A stretch of 64,000 nt of DNA from Okamejei kenojei (taxonomy: Eukaryota). Numbering within the stretch: position 1 is the first letter of the stretch; the number at the start of each line of letters is the position of its first letter. The notes below the pieces were generated by a model that was not told the DNA's origin, made no database searches, and saw nothing but the letters and a program-made list of their open reading frames with translations. The DNA is taken from assembly GCA_035221665.1 (NCBI GenBank), contig CM069153.1, positions 33,852,001-33,916,000 of the forward strand. Direction: 5' to 3'. Both the position numbers and the translations under genes were made by a program. Positions 12,301-26,059 of the stretch are shown piece after piece.

Positions 12301-14841
12301 CATTAAGTTGGAATACTATACATTCATGTGGTTTCTAAAATCAAAGCTGGAGGTTCACTTGATGTTTTCTAAATTTACTAGCAATCCGAACATATGATTG
12401 TCAAAGGGTAATTTTGTCTCCTCTTGGCCTGAGTAATTTTGGTATACGTTTGAAGCCTTTATCTCGCCATCATTTACACCTCATTGATGTTACATAAGTA
12501 TGTTGGGCGCACTATAGCATTTCTTATCTAACAATAGTACCGCATTCTGCACTTCAACCTAAATGAATTTGTCTGAAGTCAGAAGATTGTTGATAATAAA
12601 ACAGGATTTAGCCAATTGCATTTGCCTTATTGAAAATTGATATATTAGTTATGAATTAAATCAGTAAAATAGTAAGAGTTTTAACATTCTTCCACGTCAT
12701 CTGTACATTAAGTTGCACCTGAATAACCAATGTTATCAAACATTACCTGAGGCGCTGCTCAACCAATTAAAAAAAGAAGGGAATTTCATCCAAAATATTT
12801 ATTCAGAGCTATAAGAAATGGTTCTTGATGAATATCAAGGAGCCACTGTTTATTTGAAGTGACTGTTACACTATAATGTTAGATTGCACACCTTGTCCAA
12901 GATTTTTCTGATCTCCATTGATAGTTCTTGAGCAAATTGACACTATTCTGTATTTATTCCTCCAACTTACCAGTGAATTTCAGTACATAAACACATTTTG
13001 GTACTTTCATTGCATGCTTTTGCTAATAATAGTGGTTGCTAGGTAACAGCAATAATTTGCAAGTGAGACAATTTCATAAAATATGCTTTGGCTGCTGAAA
13101 TGTGTTTGGGGTATCTTTTTGCATGATGTTTGTGGATGTTTTATATGGAACTTGGTGTTTGGAGCTTACTGCTTAAAAAGATGATGTAATATGACTGTAT
13201 GAAGTTGCTGGCTATTTGCATGTTCATACAATAAGTAAGAATCGCATGACTAATTTACAGGTTGACATTTCTTGGAAGTCTCTTAGAAATTTAATCATGT
13301 ACCGTTGACAATACTACCCATGAGCCTAAGTGTCATCTTATCAGAAATTTCGCCATGTTGTCTGATGATCATACTGTATGTGGAGAAAAGACATCTACTA
13401 TATTCCTATCATCCTATACATTACTTCATACCCATACTGTCACTGTCTCTTTTCAAAATATATTGTCCATATTGTCATTCTGTTCTCAAACCACACCTGC
13501 TACTTATCACTTGCTCTCTATGTTTTCAACTATTGATTCTTATTTTCTGCAAGGTGGTGAACATGTGCAAGTAGTTATTGCTATCTGCACCTCACTGTGT
13601 TAGGTCTGTTGTCTCTTTTTCTTTGTAGTTAATTGTAATTTCCCACCAGGCAGCAGGTGCACTTCCTTCAGCATCTCTACCTTATCACTATTTTGTATTA
13701 ATGACATAACCTTCAGAGATACTGTACATGGATGCAAATGATGCTGTGTCATGAGTTATAAGGGTTCAATATATTCACCAATGAATATTTATATTATCAA
13801 TTTCCTCAACTGGTCTATATTTGTAGAATAATTTCTCAGATGGTAACAATAATACATTCTGTACCACTTTAAGGTATTACAATACAGATAAATAAATTTG
13901 ATTGTAGTTGCAGAGGAATCTCCATAAATACGGTTGGGATTAACCAGTAGATTTTTCATTAGAAATGCTTCTATACAACATCAATCAGATAGACTCCTGA
14001 GAATTTCAGATATTAATTCACTCATCAATATCATTTTCTGAAATCTGAAATCTCCTCGAACTGCCCATTCTTGACTTAGTTTAGGATACTTGAGATCACC
14101 TTGTATTTCAGTCATCAGATGCCCGTAGTGAGGTAGAGAGCCAGATACTTACTCCTAGATCCCAGCAATGTGCCCAATGCCATTTTTTTTCTCACTCGTA
14201 TTTCCCTCTTAAGTGAAAATGGTGTTAAATAGGGCCAGACTAATGCCAGTCCAGTATGTGGACTTCATTAGAATTGGCTTGTGAGCTTATTGCATACAAA
14301 GAACAATGATGCTGTGGGGTTCGGAAGTAAAGTCAAGAACTACCTAAACAGACTGCTAGTTTAACCAATGACACATCATTGTTGACAGCATGCCTCTGAG
14401 TCAAAGAACTTAAAAGAAGGCAAAATTCTATTTTGCCACACATATATATATTGATTTTGATTTAAATTCAGCTTTAGAAAGATGAGTTTATCAAAATAAT
14501 AATTATCATTTTGTTTCTGAAGGAAGCAAATATTTATTATTAAGGGCTGTTAGATCAAATAGGTGGCAATAATAAGGCAAATCACCGGGTTTTTGAATGT
14601 GATATCACCTGTACTATGGAGATTGGTTATCTTGGTATTATTATGTTATGTTTTGCCTGTGCTGTGATTAATTGTGGACTTATCCTAACCTCAGTACAAA
14701 TAATTAGAAAAAAATCATAATTTTTTTGAACCTTTTTTTCCCTCAATTAACTGTGCTTTTTTGTTTCCAAAGTGTCTGAAATATTTAAGTTGAATGTATT
14801 TCAGTCACCTCAATATCGTCACCATGTTTGTTTCACTTCAG

Positions 14842-14910
14842 GAGGTCCCGAAGCGGGAGGATGCGAGTGGGCAGTTAAGCTGTATTCAGCTGCCTGTCGA
14901 CTCGTCTGGG
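14842..14910 (+). CDS. CACNA1G: Cav3.1 cassette exon 14 (II-III linker, 23 aa)
   Basis: ttcacttcag|GAGGTC...TCTGGG|gtacgt; 69 nt, phase 0/0; [23 protein letters not shown] vs recalled human [23 protein letters not shown]. Confidence 0.95.
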
Positions 14911-16684
14911 GTACGTAACTGTTCACCGTGAATTCACAGCTGAGACTTTTTTTAAAAAAATAAACCAGCAGAGAGGGAGAAGAGTTGCCAGCCTTTGAAC
15001 TGTTTTTTTAAAAAACAATAGTGTCTGCCTCCTTTCTGATTTTTTTTTTTCTTTTCAATGATCCCTTAATTGGTCTGACCGAGCTTTTTATCATTTCATC
15101 TGACATTGCATCCAAACAAAGATTGATTGAAGACTGAACCCTTTGTTTCTTTTTGTTTTCAAGTCAAGAAAGTTTATTGTCATGTGTCCCAGATAGGACA
15201 ATGAAATTCTTACTTTAGGCTGACTTAGGTATTTACTTTTTCTAGTTGAATCTTTTGTGATTTGAATTTGATTTAAATATACAGTTATTAACAATGACAC
15301 AAAAATGGTATGTTATATTTTTTATAGTGTTTCAAACTTAACTGTGATGGCCACCCTAAAGATAAATCATCACCAGCAATGGTTTAGTGGATTAAGCCGG
15401 GATTTGGTTGATTACATTTGAAGACATGTTGCATTAATTTTATACTCCTTGGGTACAAAAAAAAATGTGATTGAATCCGAATTAAGTTACTTTAAATTTT
15501 GAATTTATTTAATAAGATGAATGCAGCAATTTTGTTTTTGCTGGTTGGTCAGGGGGATAGAATGTTAATTCCATAGCTCGGCCATTTTGATGGGGAAGAA
15601 AGGTTTCAGTAGATATTCCAAATCCTCTCCTGCACAACCCCCCCCCCCCCCACCCAAAACAAAACACGATGGTTTCTGAGAAAATAGGTCCATTCGAGGC
15701 TAAGACCAATAGAGTTCCTTCGGCCAGTATCAAAAAGCCTAGGCAGGTAAAAAAAATAGAAGTGATAAATCAACCATGATCGATTTGAATGTCGGGGCTG
15801 ATTTAGAAACCGAACAAGACTCCTCGTTTTGGAGTAAAAGAGTTCTACCCTTGGCAGGGTATTTGATGGCATAAGGCAAGGTTGAATAGACATGTAACAA
15901 CGATAATGGAAAAACATATTGTACTGGGGGATCAAAAGACAAATCTTTTTTTACCACAATCTAAAACATGTTTAATGTGCCAGAGTTCACAATTAGATGA
16001 AGGGCAAAGTGCCCTTTATACTATACCAATAATATGTGCAACTACACCACTGCAGCATTCTCCCTACTCATCACTCTGTGGAAGCAAAATTGTGTCAGTG
16101 ACTGATAAATCCCAGTTGTGGGCCAACACCCATTGTGTTTATGATTTGCATGATTGGCAATCATTTCATGTCTCAAATTCAGTTGCAGAAATACTATACA
16201 TGAGGGGGTGGTTCATTTAGCGATGTTACTTAGATTGCATTCAGGGATTTTGGACAAAAAGAAAATGTTGAACTCTCGTTGTTAAATTTCTTGCATTACT
16301 TTCATCAAAGTTTGTAGATTCGAATTTCTGATTTGAGTGATGCTAACAGTCAGTGTTTTGACATTGGACTGAATGAGATCTGGAATGGGTTAGCATTCTC
16401 AGTGAGAACAGTACGTGGCTTTGTATTATGTTCGATCTCAGTTCCCATGCAGAATAACAGAAAATCAGTACAATAATCCATTCAGCAGGAGTTGAATTTA
16501 CTGCTGACTGCGATGAGTCACGTCTATCCTTATTCCAGTTTATAGCTCATCTGTGTTTTTGACAACCCGGGTAGATAGTCAAGCGGAGGTGTTGAATGAT
16601 GATAACTGAAAAGAAGTTACTCTTTAAATATATGAATGTTACGAAAGGATTTGAGAAGGCAGAGAAGATGTTTCTGTATTGGTT

Positions 16685-16726
16685 TAAAAGAGGCCATAAG
16701 TCCAATAAAAGAGGCCATAAGTGCAA
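16685..16726. repeat. 21-bp tandem duplication
   Basis: taaaagaggccataagtccaa / taaaagaggccataagtgcaa inside a decayed CR1 fragment. Confidence 0.85.
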
Positions 16727-19700
16727 TAAATTCAGCAAGAATTCAGGAGAAATATCTTTATCCTGAGTGGGCATAATGTGGAACTTGCTACCTCATTGAG
16801 TGGTTGGAATAGTGCAGATGCATTTTTTTTTTAAAGTTATATAAACACAGGAAGAAAATGGTTACATGAAATAGGCAGAGGCAATACAAATTTGTAGCAT
16901 GAGCATCTGCAAAGACCAAGGTAAATGTTTAGAATGCTGGAGATTCTCAGCAGGTTAGGCAGCTTCTACAGAGAGAGCACTGAGGTCTGTTTCAGCTTGA
17001 GGACCATTCATCAGAACTGCAAAGACCAGTCTGGCTGAATGACTCATTTGTAAATTGCTAATTCGTTGTGATATGAAATAACATATCTTTCTCAATATGC
17101 AAAATAGCTCAAGTACTTGCGATGAACCTTTACATGTTGTTGCTGTTGCCACTTAATGAATAGAGTCATTATTCACACACCTTTCCTCCCTGACATAAAG
17201 CTGAGGGGTTAGATGCCACACCCTCTCTCCAGCACACCAGTGCCCCACTGCTGAGTCATTGCTGGATCTTCTGGTATCAGAGTTCAGGCTCAGGTTTCAT
17301 CTGTGACTGAGCATGTGCCACAGACTGAGTCCCATTGAAGTCTGAATGGCAGACATCTAGCAGTTCTCCACAAAATCACCAATAGTCAACCAGCTCAGTC
17401 GGACCCAGTGACTCAGTCTCACTAAAACTCAACACCTTATTCAACCAAGAATGTCCACCACCAACAACTCAGCTCAAACAGTGCTTCTGTCAGTCTACTG
17501 CAGTGAACCCAATCATCTTACCTATACTTTAGTTTTCTCTAGGATTAGATCTACCCCACTGATCTATTGGCTGCCTACTATCCTTCACCTTCCATATACT
17601 ATACTTAACTTTAAGCAAAAGCCTTTTAGTCACTTCAAAAATTACACCACTTCAGAAACATTCTGTCCAGTAATAAATTACATACAACCATCATCTTGCC
17701 TTGCCAACCCACGAAATCTCTATTTTCCCCAATCCTTCAGAATTAAAATGTATTTCAATTATTTCTGAGTTGCCCCTCAGTCTCTCTGTATCTCCTCTGG
17801 CTTATTCAAATCCTCAGTATACTGTAAACATCTGAATCTGAAATGTATTACTATCTCCCCTTTTACACTTTTAGCAGTTATGCAGTTAACAACTAAGGCT
17901 CTGGGTCCTTGAATTCCCTCCCATACTTTCTGCCTCTCCATTCTCTCTTCCTTTAAGATATGCCTTAAACCCCAATGATTTGACCAAACTATTAGTTCTC
18001 ATTCTATATGTTATCTTTTTCTTTCACTCAGTCCCCAATTTGGTTGGATTGCTCTTCTGAGAAGTGGCCTGCAGCAATTTTCTACAATGAAAGGGCAGTG
18101 TAAGAGCATTATTTTTTTTGTTGAGCAATTCAAATTAATAATAAGGATGATCAAGTTGATGTCAGAAAGCAGAATACTCTGAAATAAGCTTAAGCTGAAA
18201 GGAAATAGGTGAGCCCTGTGAAGGAATTTGTAAAATAACTTATGAAGGCAGTTTGTGTTTGCAAACAGACATTATGTATTGACTGTAATTGGTCGACAAG
18301 AGAGATTAATTTGAACAGTAGTCTTGTCTGGACTTTACCTTTTCTCTTCCTAATTCTTCGAACTGATGCCACACTTCTTTGATCTCTCCAGATGTCTCCC
18401 CCCCTCCACGGCCTCTATATTATCAGACTACTTGGTGAAAATTAAGTTCTGAATATGAAGCATTTTATTTATAAACACTTTAATGTCCAAAAGGATGCAT
18501 TTGAATTGTAAAGCTAATTTTAGATTTCTATCCCTGATGTTTGAGTCTTTGTTTTCCAGCTGCCATTGTGTCTGAGATGGGCTTCCCTGTGTTGTCTTTT
18601 ATTTATGATATTTATTTCACTATTTAACATCAAACTGATCATTTAAGCAATGTTAGTCTAGAGGGTATGTTCTCTTTCGAATATAGGTTGGATCCGTAGC
18701 AAAGTCACTTTCCTCACGAAACCTCCAATTTAACCAATCGTATACCAGGTTTTGCGGTTGGCGTCACTTCAAAAGATGGCACCGTGAAGATAGTCATCAC
18801 AGTTTTGACCAAAAGTCATGCTGACAAATCTCCTTGATTTATTTCAACATGTTAATGGATACATTTCGGCTGAACAGTGCATTCTCCACTCCCGCTGCTT
18901 GCCTGATAAATATTAAGAGATTCGAGAAAGGTTTATATTTAGTAGACTGCAATGAAGTGCCCACACTGTTACACAAGCAACTGTGAAACAAAACTGATTT
19001 TTAAAAGTAATGGGTGTGTATGTGGCAATGCAGAGGGTGCTGCAGGGAATTCCAATTTGAAATGCGGTGCTTGGGTAGAAAAGGCATGAAAAGATTTGGG
19101 ATTGTTTTAAACATTTGTCCAGGTCCATCATTATGGGGCCACTTGCTGTGATGTTCCTGCCAGTTCTTAGTTCCACGCCAATGAGGGAACTCAACAAAGT
19201 AAAAAGAACAAGAGTCCATACACAAAAAACAATTATTTCTGTTCTTCTTAATTTAAATAAACCTACATTTCACAAGAACCTAGAGCATACTAGATTGTAC
19301 ACATTTTGTAGTTTTGTCTGTTAATCATATTCTGAACAATTGTGAGGTCCTTTGTGGATGACAGAAGAGTAAAAAGGAATAGAAAGAACTTCAAAATTCA
19401 GCTGTCCACTTCTAAGGAATCAGAAGCATGTTTACCTCAATTGTCAAGGTTGAAAAATATTACTTTATACATTCTGGTGAATGGGAGTCAAAGGGAGTTG
19501 AGGACTAATTTTAAAGCATAAAAGCCTTGAAATTCAGATGCTTTGCATTTTTATTTCACACTACATATACAAAAATAGGTGTTTAGCTGTGGAATGCAGT
19601 TGCAATTGTTTCTGATTACAGAATTTGATAGGTTATCTCCAATCACATATCACGCCTGCATTGATTATTAATTTTGATGTCAGATGTACACTGAATGGTG

Positions 19701-21331
19701 TTGTTTCTCATTCAATGCTCTTTTGGATTGTTGCGGGTGAAATTCATGCGCGTAATCCAAAGAGAACCAGCTGTTTGCAACTCTGCCCAACCAAGTATAA
19801 TTAAGACGCATGAGGTACAGTAGAACAATTTAAAGCGTGTCTCTCTGAGTAGGATTGAGGCTGGTTCTGGAAACCCCATTCAGATTGATCCCTGATAGTT
19901 AATTATTTTACTTCACTTGTTTGGTCCAATGTTATGGCCCCACTCACTCCGTGTACAGATCCCACCTCACAAAGCTCAAAACCTTTCCCCAACCCCATCC
20001 AACCACCGACCAACTTCCCTCCAAGCCTGGATCACCCCAATCAGCCTCACTAGTCCATCAAATAACTACCAATTGCAGTCATGGGTTTCTGAACACTAAC
20101 CTCAGATCCCTGATGACAGAATTTGACCCTCATCAGTACTCTCAGCCCCTCTCGCCCATCACCCCAGCAAATACAACCATGGTGGTCCCTTCGCATAGTT
20201 TGCAAAGGAGAAGCCTTCCTTTATAAAGCTAAATAGTAGGTCTGATATTTTGAGGGTCCCAGACGCAATGAAGAATTTCTAGGCCAATGATTGTGTTTTG
20301 GAAAGTTGTAACGTCTCCTCAGAAGAGTGGGGAATGTTGATTCTCTTCCTTCCTGTTTCCAGTCAAATAAAGCTTGCGGCTTCTATCTGTGCCTTTGTTC
20401 CATTTCTTTTCCACTTGGCTCACTTGGTGTCTATCAGTCTTCTCATGTTTCCTGTACATCCACCAAACCTTTCAGAATATATTGGGGACAAAAACATTGT
20501 ATAAAATACCGTATCTAGCATTAACTAAATTTTTCTTTCATTGAATCCTTCTTTTACTCAGAAAGTCAAAGTGGGACAAGAACCTCAGGTAAATAATGTA
20601 GACCTGATACATTCCTTGCCTGTTTACCAAATAAAGTTAGGCAATTGTTATTTCAAGGGCTAGTGGGACATTGGCATATTACTACACTGGTTACAGAGAG
20701 ACATTGAACTCTTGGATGAAGGTGGTTATCATAGTTCATTTTGCTACTCTATTCTATCACTACTTCTTCTGCTGTGTATCTAAAATCCTTGATCTCTTTG
20801 TGTGCTATCACTTTTGGATCACAAAAGGCTAGAGGTCACAATATCATCAATCTTCTAAAATCTTCAGTCATGCAACAATTGTTACAACAAGCTGTGAGCT
20901 GTCTACATTGTTTTATGAGTTATTGAAATAATTATAATTTAGTTGGCCAAAGGACAAGTTGGAAGACAAATAGCAACTTAGGCACTAGGATGAATTCATA
21001 ACCCTTGTTTAGATCTACTTCTGTACAAAATATATAAGGAAACCACAGTGGCAACTGCAGATTTATGCAAAATAAACAAAAGTAGTGCATAATATCTAAA
21101 TAAATAAAACTAACATAAGTGATCATTAATTGGCTGTTGTGTTTGATAGTTTTATCACATGATACCATAACCTGAAAATCCAAAATGATTGAATTTGCCC
21201 CAAGTTCATTGAAATTGTGGATCAATTTGTACCAGTCTCTTACAAAAGTGGTGGTTAAGCAGAGGGGTACACACCTCACGCATGTTCAGTGGCTCGGTCT
21301 GCTTCCTGCCACACTAAAAATTTGGGGCTGA

Positions 21332-21515
21332 CCACGCCACTGTGGCACGAGTGGGGGACTGATTTGTGGAAATTTGGGGGAAAGAAATGTCTAAACTGTA
21401 TTGATCTATTGTACAGCCTCCGAAAATGTCGGATGGATTTTCCGCAAGGTTAATGGATTGTATATATTTATCATTCGAGTAAAGTATATTTTGAAATTTA
21501 AAAAAAAAAAAAAAA
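21332..21515 (+). mobile_element. Short poly(A)-tailed retroposed insert with 8-bp TSD
   Basis: ggggctga at 21324-21331 and 21516-21523; A16 run at 21500-21515 preceded by AGTAAA at 21478-21483. Confidence 0.7.
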
Positions 21516-23191
21516 GGGGCTGATCAGCTTTATGATCAAAGCCACATCAATAACTATGGAAATTGTGTCAAGAGTCTAAAGTGTTTAATTGTCATATGTA
21601 CCGGGAACAAAATAATGAAATTCATACTGAATACAGCTTTACAGGCCTAATAATACAATACTGAAACTCAGTCTGGAGAGGATATAATGTGACATTGAAA
21701 ATATTTATCTAATATAAATTTTTCAATATAACATGATAGGCTGGAAGGATACTGTAAGCCTGAAACCATCCACTTCTCCTTTAACATGCATTCATGGTTT
21801 TGTTAAATGCGAGGACATGTAAAATCTGCCATTTGGTTGGAACAAGCTGGTACAAATCCAAGCTTTCATTCTCCAATTTGTGAAGCTTAGTTCATTTAGT
21901 AGACTTTACATACTTACATACATAAAGCTAAATCCAACCGTCATGCATTCCCTCTGTAGTAACTGTCCACTATCATTTTGATTGCACCTCTTCATTGTGG
22001 CTAGGTTGATGCCATTCACACCAGGGTTGGACAATTACAGGTTCAAGGTTCTGTCCCTGAGCTTCAAACACAAAATTATGGATTACTGACAGAGTGCTAC
22101 ATTAAATGGCAGTTTTACCCTTCTGCTGCAGCATTGAACTGAAGCATCATCTGCCATCCTCAAATAGTTGTAAAGAGTTTTGGGAGACTGTTTGAAAAAG
22201 AACATGCTCTCCCCATATTTATCTCTCATTCAAAATCTCGAAATAGACCAAGATCATTAGTATATTTCATTTATTCGGCCATGCTGTGTGCAAATGTGGT
22301 TGTTTCCAGCATGACAATAGCATCTACACTTCTAAAGTACCATAACATTGGTAGGGATGGCGAACGGTTTTGAAAGGTGCTTTGTAATTGTAAGTTTTTA
22401 TTTTCTTTCTTGGTTTATATTAACTGACCAGTGAACAGGGAAAAGCAGGAACAAAATTTTGTTTGAACCTTGTATGTTTAAATGACAATAAATGGCATTC
22501 TATTCTGTTCTATTCTATCTATTTGTAACAATATTTTACCGTTAATATTACCTTTAGTCCACCACTTTCATACCCTCAATCCCTAAGCTACAATAAACAA
22601 TGTTTCCAACACAAATAGTAGCATCTAGGACGTATGACAGATTCCAAAAGTAAGCAAGAACCAATACTGATGAAAAAACAGTGAATGAAAAGCGACCAAT
22701 AGATAATCTATTTCACTTTCTCACAACATGCTCGTTTTATAACCTGGAATCCTACAGAAGTAACAACTGTCACAAGCTGTAGCTCAGCAGGTAGCGTCTG
22801 ATCCAATGTGAGGTTGTGATATAGCTGGAAGGTATATGACCAATAAGAAGAAATATATGTTATTAACCTTTTCAAATTATGTTACTATCTTGAAATCAAC
22901 AAAGAGCACTTTATGCTGCATGAGCTGCTCACAATAAGCTGCTGTAATAATTGTTGTATGGCTGAGATTAACATCAATTTCAAAAATTAGAATCAAATTA
23001 TTACTTATCAACTTTTTCCAAGACCCTCCCCTGTAATTGAGGTAAGGATCATAATATTTTATTTACATTATTACCTTTTCCTTCGAAGATGTTATTTTCG
23101 ATGATCAATGTCAGTGGAGGGAATGTGAGGGGATTGTACCTGAATTTTGCAAAATTTTGCATCCATAACTTTCCCTTCACTTTCACTCAAG

Positions 23192-23285
23192 GGAGATGTC
23201 TCAAAGTCGGACTCAGAGGCTGACTTTTATTGTCAGAGCCTGGATGATGATAGTGGAAGCAGAAAGGGTCTTCCAAATACTGCGC
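23192..23285 (+). CDS. CACNA1G: Cav3.1 exon (approx. exon 15), II-III linker
   Basis: tttcactcaag|GGAGAT...ACTGCGC|gtaagt; 94 nt, phase 0/1; GDVSKSDSEADFYCQSLDDDSGSRKGLPNTA, homologous to [20 protein letters not shown]. Confidence 0.92.
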
Positions 23286-23641
23286 GTAAGTTGATAAATA
23301 CATTTAAGATGCAGGTAGTGAATTGTGCGTATCTTAAGGAGATATATATTTGCAATGCAAATTGACATTATTAATAGCAGAGCCAGTTTAAAAGATATGC
23401 TTTCAAAGTGTTTCCAAGGGAGATTTATTGTACTAAAACAGTACTAACCTCTACAGCTGATTCCCTAAATCTGCCTGTATTTTATATGAAATTTGTGTTC
23501 CTGAAACATCTACCTATTTATACCTTATACGTATAGATCACATCCTTCTATTCCCAGAAATTTTGAACGTTAACATCAGAAATTTTGGATGATGTTTTCA
23601 TTTTGGTATTTCCAGTAGTACTATTTGTAATTCTGATCAAA

Positions 23642-24232
23642 ACACAAAGTGCTAGAGGAACTTGTTAGGTCAGGCAGCATCTGTGGAGGGAAGAGACAGA
23701 TGACATTTCGGATTGGGTCCCATCTTCAGACAGATTGAAGTAGGGTGTGAAATCTGGAAAAGAGACGTGGGGTCTGTACAAAACCTGGCACGTGTTAGGT
23801 GGACGCAGGTAGACTCGGCAACTGTTTCACCGAACGTTTGCAGTCTGACGGCAAAGGCCTGCCGGACCTCCTGATTGCTAATCATTTTAACTCCTTTTCC
23901 CATCCTTTACCTTTCTGCCCATTGCCAGAGTGAGGCCACATGAAAACTGAGCAACAGCACCTGATACTCCGCTTCAATATCTTCAATATCAAGGAATACC
24001 TCCCTCCTTCCCTCGCATCCTCCTTCTCTATCCAATGCCACCTCCCCAACTGCTCTCCCCACCCCCCCCCCCCCACACCTCAGTGCACATGCATTCTCTC
24101 GCCATCTCCTACCTCTTCCTGTCACCCTTCTCCTTCCCCTCCTTCACACACTCATCTCCCTTCCCCTAGTCCCCCATATCCCTTGTATCCTCCCCTCTTT
24201 CCCTTCCCCCCTGTCCCTTTCCACCCATATCA
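23642..24232. mobile_element. Decayed Penelope-like fragment (inverted tail, GIY-YIG C-terminus, pyrimidine-rich 3' UTR)
   Basis: Minus-strand PLE tail at about 23642-23810, then + strand similarity to 38380-38600 (gagcaacagcacctgata, EQQHLI). Confidence 0.7.
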
Positions 24233-24235
24233 TAT

Positions 24236-24605
24236 GTCATGTGATAGGAGCAGAATTAGGCCATTAGGCCCATCCAGTATGTTCCGTCAATCAATCATGG
24301 CTGATCTGATCTATCTCACCCTCCTAACCCCATTCTCCAGCCTTCTCCCCATAACTCCTGACACCCGTACTAATCAAAAATCTATCTACCTCTGCCTTAA
24401 AAATATCCACTGACTTGACCTCCACAGCCTACTGTGGCAAATAATTCCACAGATTCACCACCCTCTGATTAAATAAATTCCTCCCCATCTTCCCAAAGGG
24501 ACATCCTTTAATTCTGAGGCTATGACCTCTAGTCCTCGACGCTCCCACTCATGGAAACATCCTCTCCACATTCACTCTATCCAAGCCTTTCACTATTTTG
24601 TATGT
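24236..24605 (-). mobile_element. CR1-type LINE 3' fragment
   Basis: tcaatcatggctgatct...aatcaaaaatctatct...cacagattcacca; related to 29450-29675 (-) and 53310-53460 (+). Confidence 0.8.
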
Positions 24606-25136
24606 TTCAGGAGTGAAGTGAGAATGAGCCCAGGGTTGGGTGGGTCTCTGATGATGCTGGCTACATTTTTGAGTGAGCGACTCCTGTAGATCCCTTCGAT
24701 AGTGGGGAGGTCAGTACCCGTGATGGTCTGGGCAGTATTCATCATTTTTTGTAATCTTCTTCATTCCTGGGCATTGGAGTCGCCGAGCCTGGCCTTGATG
24801 CAAACAGTCAATATGCTCTGTACTGCACACCAAGAGCATATTCATTGGCATACAGAATTTCCTCAATCCTCTAAGGAAGTATTTTTATGATTTTTTAATG
24901 ATTTTTTAATGCTTTTTTATCATTACGTCAGTGAGCTGAGGCTAGGACAGATCTTCAAAGACATGCACGCCCAGGAATTTGAAGCTTTTTCCAACGACCT
25001 TTAAGACAGAGTGAAATGATAATATCAATTCTTTGCTTGTGCCAAAAAATGTTTGAAAGGAATATATCTGAGTAAGTGAAATTATAGGTGTTGTAAAATC
25101 AAGACCAGCAAACTTAAATATTTTTTCTCTATGCAG

Positions 25137-25324
25137 TGACGACAGCAAATGGTAATTTGGATGTTAAAACCAGTCTGACCCCACCGCTCATCATCCACAC
25201 CAATGCAACACCAATGCCAACACCAAAGGGGATGCTTTGTGGTGATTCTGTGCACATGTACAGTGATTCCCGCAGAGGTAGCAATGTATCAATCGATCCC
25301 AATTACTACGAGCAGAAGTCACCG
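25137..25324 (+). CDS. CACNA1G: Cav3.1 exon (approx. exon 16), II-III linker
   Basis: ctctatgcag|TGACG...TCACCG|gtaaga; 188 nt, phase 1/0; contains SLTPPLIIHTNATPMPTPK and ends EQKSP. Confidence 0.94.
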
Positions 25325-25760
25325 GTAAGACCATCTGTATTTTCAGCAGAATAGGGCATTTCTTTTCATATCATGAGGAGCATTGCATCATAATGTCGAA
25401 CATAATTATTAGAAGCAAGTGTAGGCACTCCCCAACGTACGTAATAGGCAAATAAGGAACACATCCCTCAAAATATGGAATATTAACACAAAACCATCTC
25501 TATTGCTGTGGACCCTCCGAAACGTTGCATACAAAACGATGATTGATAGATTTATTTCTATTAAAAGAATAAAGGGATATGAGAACAAATCAAGAAAATG
25601 GTGCTATAGTTATCAGATCTCCAAAACAAGATTAAGGGATCGAGTGGTCTTCCGCCTCCATTTGTTATGTTTTCATGCCTTTTTAACAACCTCATTTGGC
25701 CCAATTGTCCCCTCCAGGGATCTGTGGACATACACAAAATCCACCTGTTCCTTCGCACTA

Positions 25761-26020
25761 CTGGCGCAGTGATAGTTGCTGCCTTACAGTGCCAGGGACC
25801 CGGGTTCGATCCTGACTACGGGTGCTGTCTGCATGGAGTTTGTGGGTTTTCTCCCGCACTTCAAAGATGTATATGTTTGTAGGCTATTTGGCTTGGTAAC
25901 ATTGTAAATTGTCCCTAGTGTGTGTAGGATAGTGTTAGTGTGTGGGGATCGCTGGTCAGCACGGACACGGTGGGCCGAAGGGCCTGTTTCCGCGCTGTAT
26001 CTCGACACTAGGCTAAACTA
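25761..26020 (+). mobile_element. tRNA-derived V-SINE (HE1-like)
   Basis: tggcgcagtg A box, gggttcgatcc B box, tail gggccgaagggcctgtttccgcgctgtatct; similar to 35696-35995. Confidence 0.85.
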
Positions 26021-26059
26021 CTTCTCCCTTTTCTGTGGAGCAGTCTGATAGTGTTTACC

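Noticed and set aside
13181-13234. 54-nt pseudo-exon ending in a |gtaaga donor
   Set aside because: Acceptor (gcttaaaaag) lacks a polypyrimidine tract and the frame hits TAA at codon 3; too weak to call
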